Source of the DNA: Pristiophorus japonicus
Lineage: Eukaryota
DNA length: 64,000 bases
NCBI RefSeq assembly: GCF_044704955.1
Contig: NC_091980.1
Span: forward strand, 22,320,001-22,384,000
Reading direction: 5' to 3'
The notes below the pieces were generated by a model. The model saw only the letters and a program-made list of their open reading frames with translations. It was not told the origin of the DNA and did no database searches. Positions 60,665-64,000 of the stretch are shown piece by piece. The position numbers and the translations under genes were made by a program. Positions within the stretch are counted from its first letter, which is position 1. Every line of letters starts with the position of its first letter.

Positions 60665-61459
60665 CATTTGTGGCCCCATATTCCCAATCTTCCTTCTCGC
60701 TCGACGCCGCCTACAAATTGCTTGGAAGATGCGAAGATGACATGCTCACACTGCAACCATCAAAGTGCACAATTGCAAATCGCAAAGTAATTGTAAATTG
60801 CAAGACAATATCTGGCGCAGCAATCCAAGAGATATACACACACTGTGCTATGTGAAAACCTAACATTCACTCTGACCTCTGAGTAAACTGGTTGCTCATC
60901 CTTTAAAAACCCTCTTGGCATCGCCCAACGTAGCTGGGGCCTCCTGGTTCCTCTGATGTGTTCAGTGGCTGGCAGTAAGTGAACCAAATTTCACCTCCGG
61001 GGCACTACCGGGGCGTTGCACGCATACTGACGTCATGATCTGACTGGCGCGAAAGGGCAAGGCGCTTACTGTCAGTGGCGCCATTAAAAGTGAACCGAAT
61101 TTTGCGGCGCCACTAAAATCACCATAGGTGACACTTTACCACCACTCCTGGGCGCTAACGATAGTGATAACTAACCGAATTTCTAACCCCTATAGAATCT
61201 TCCCCACAACTGATATTAAACTGTACAGCATAGAATAAGATTACAACATTATAGGACATAAACTACCATTGAAAGGGACACCTATTTCAAAAGCAGATTC
61301 CACATTGGTGCAATTTTTGTCTTCGAAATACAAACATTATAATTTCGATCTTAGACCTGTTATAATGGCGACGGGAAAACAAGCTATATAGGGCTCATAT
61401 TCATTTACTGTATCATTCTAGTTTATCATTTTGTAAAGATGAATAATTTTACATATTAC

Positions 61460-61515
61460 CATCTTAAGCAGTTTGGAAAAATCCTCTGGTAATTCATTTT
61501 TCAAAGCTTTGGAAG
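61460..61515 (-). CDS. Candidate host-gene exon (SKALKNELPEDFSKLLKM)
   Basis: tag acceptor with a weak pyrimidine tract, 56 nt (phase 1 to phase 0), GTAATA donor; non-repeat DNA. Confidence 0.28.
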
Positions 61516-62309
61516 CTATTTCAGTCAAGTCGAAGATTCACATTACTGTTTTTGGATTGGCTCTGTATTGAGTACAGAGAATAAGGTTCAAGTTCCAATG
61601 CTTTTGCGCTCATTATTATAATATCGATCTCATTATAAATTGATGGAAAAAGATACAATGAAAATATTTCTTGGCTTCCATAATCTAAGTCTGTTTTGTC
61701 TGCTTGACTAAATATGTCTTATTTTGTAACCTAAGGAGCTTAAAAACCATTTACTATGTTTTTTCTCCCTAATTTCATCCTTGGATGTATTCTCTCCATT
61801 TCTATTAGCAGAGGTTCATTGTGATGTTTAAAATGTTGTGAAATTAGATCTCATTAAAACTCAGTCATCCTCCCATTCTCCAGTACACCTATCAATTGAA
61901 TATTTTTCTCACTGTCTTTTCCTCCAGTATGGTTTCGCTCCTGTGGTGCTACTCTTGCGGCACAGTTGTGATAGTTAGCTTCTAACCTGGACTGTCCCTT
62001 TAATGCTATTGGCCAGCAACACACGGTGGGGAAGTGATTTCAATCGCCACATTCTCAACTCAACTGGAGGCTAATTGATCTCATTGTTGGAAGGTTCTCC
62101 GGATTGGCAGCTGCATTCCTGCTCCCTATTGGGAGAAAGGAGCCTCACTCAAGGTCAGAAAACCCAACTTTCTTTCTTTTGATTTTAGACTACTTTTTAA
62201 AATGATAGTTGAGTCACGATTATGAGTCATTTAGAAGACGCCATTCAGCCCATCAATCCTAATCTGGCAGATGCATCTCTTTCCTCTTAATTTCCTGTCC
62301 TGACAATGT

Positions 62310-63335
62310 CAACCATAGCTCAGTGGGTAGCACTTCCGCACAATCTAGGCTGAGACTCCAGCGTAGTTCTAAGTGAGGTGCCGTCTTTTGGATAAGACGT
62401 TAAACAACAGCCCCGTCTGCTCACTTAGATGGATGTAAAAAATTCCATGGCAAAGAGGATGGAGTATAAAAGCAGGTAAGTCTTGCTACAGTTATACAGG
62501 GTATTGATGAGGCCACACCTGGAATACTGCGCGCAGTTTTGGTTTCCATATTTACAAAAGGATATAATTGCTTTGGAGGCAGTTCAGAGAAGGTCCGCTA
62601 GGTTGATTCCGGGGATGAGGGGGTTGACTTATGAGGAAAGGTTGAGTAAGTTGGGCCTCTACTCAGTGGAATTCAGAAGAATGAGAGGTGATCTTATCAA
62701 AATGTCTTAGATTATGAGGAGACTTGACAAGGTGGATGCAGAGAGGATGTTTCCACTGATAGGGAGACTAGAACTAGGGGGCATAATCTTAGAATAAGGG
62801 CTGCCCATTTAAAACTGAGATGAGGAGGAATTTCTTCTCTCAGAGGGTTGTTAATCTGTGGAATTCACTGCCTCAGAGAGCTGCGGAAGCTGGGTCATTG
62901 AATAAATTTAAGACAGAGATAGACAGTTTCATAACCGATAAGGGAATAAGGGGTTACGAGGAGCGTGCAGGGAAGTGGGCCTGAGTCCATGATCGGATCA
63001 GCCATGATCTTATTAAATGGTACAGCAGGCTCGAGGGGTTGTATGGCTTACTCCTGCTTCTATTTCTTATGTTCTTATGTTCTTACTTAAGAGCAGGGGA
63101 GTTATCCCCGGTGTTTTGGTCAACATTTATCCCTCAAACAACATTACTAAAACAGTTGGTCTGGTCATTATCACATTGCAGTTTTTGGGAGCTTGCTTTG
63201 CACAATTATCTGTCACGTTTCCTACATTACAACAATGACTACACTTCAAAAGAACTTCATTGGCTGTAAACTGCTTTGGGACGTCCTGAGGTTTTGAAAG
63301 GCGCTGTATAAATGCAAGTCTTTCTTTTCTTTCCA
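62310..63335 (+). mobile_element. Deu-domain SINE split by a CR1
   Basis: Head 62310-62450 and tail 63090-63335 are collinear with 6455-6886. Confidence 0.8.
62450..63085 (+). mobile_element. CR1 3' fragment
   Basis: ORF 62483-62710; (TTATGTTC)n tail. Confidence 0.9.
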
Positions 63336-63784
63336 TTTACATGCCATTGCCAAGACTGAGGCCTTCAGTTGGCACATTTCCGGGTGAGAGGAGGCTACTA
63401 CAAGGTCCTCTCACTCCATTTGCTAGAATTTTGGGAATTTACCACTACTTCCTGGAGCATGCTGCCATCTTCCACATGGCAGCCACAAGAACAAGCAATA
63501 ATTGAGAGAAAGAAAGAAATTCCTCCAGGAAGCAAGCCATGCCCACCCTCCCCCTTTTTCCATTTGCATTGATCAACTGGGAAGAAAGGTCGTGGCAGTT
63601 GGGAGGGAAATGCATACAGAAAGGCACAGAGGATACGACAGGGAAACAGGCCATTTGGCCCAACCAAACTTTACCCACCACATGAGCAAATTGTCCAAAT
63701 CACACCCTATTCTCATATTCTTCATTTCCTTTTCCTTCATCCACCTAGTCAATCTAACTAATTCCTGTATAAAACATGGAGATA

Positions 63785-64000
63785 CTAGAGTCTAGAACCA
63801 GGGGACAGTATCAGAATAAGTGGTCGCCATTTAGGACTGAGATGAGGAGAAACTTCTTCACTCAGAGGGTGGTGAATTCCTTTTAAATATTGGTAGATAG
63901 ATAGCTAAATTGTTAGTTAGATAGATATATTGGTAGACAGATACATTGGTAGATATATTTTTACATAGATTGTTTGGTAAATTGATTGGTAGATACATTG
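63785..64000 (+). repeat. Short CR1 fragment (63785-63880) followed by a degenerate TAGA-rich simple repeat
   Basis: ggagaaacttcttcactcagaggg; recurring ggtagata/gatagata. Confidence 0.65.

Larger units (their letters stand above)
58563..60880 (-). pseudogene. Harbinger C transposase (HARBI1-like), interrupted by an LTR and an RTE
   Basis: LNFYASSMFQ, VQGAIDC, FRNRKGYHSLNVQMVCD, YHGSAHDAFILRES, LKQHFHCLDRS..LQYSP, CCLLHNLA. Start position uncertain. Confidence 0.9.
55096..61189. mobile_element. Harbinger C: structurally complete but inactivated element
   Basis: TIRs GGGCTAGAAATTCAG / CCGAATTTCTAACCC (13/15); TSD CTA; convergent Myb/SANT gene (+) and transposase (-). Confidence 0.92.

Overview
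Eukaryotic (vertebrate) non-genic or intronic DNA, roughly 75-80% transposable elements by eye. The repeat mix strongly suggests a cartilaginous fish (shark); this is inferred from repeat families only. It contains many CR1 LINEs of several subfamilies, L2 3' ends, RTE/BovB-like LINEs, tRNA-headed Deu-domain SINEs, a Mag-like Gypsy, a BEL/Pao element and solo LTRs. The most notable content is a cluster of PIF/Harbinger DNA transposons. Three formerly autonomous elements each carry a HARBI1-like transposase plus a convergent, intron-containing Myb/SANT gene; one (55096-61189) still has both TIRs and a CTA target-site duplication (TSD). There are also three non-autonomous derivatives and one orphan terminus. 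All TE ORFs are broken. Deep nesting can be resolved through exact TSDs. Four short, phase-compatible minus-strand candidate exons may belong to an unidentified host gene spanning the window; this is speculative. I found no prokaryotic genes, no CRISPR array and no proven novel system. The best leads are family-specific subterminal motif arrays paired with each Harbinger's Myb/SANT protein, the candidate exon chain, a hairpin-rich MITE, an RTE-derived non-autonomous element and an in-frame Gypsy/BEL junction. Boundaries without a TSD are approximate (tens of bp).
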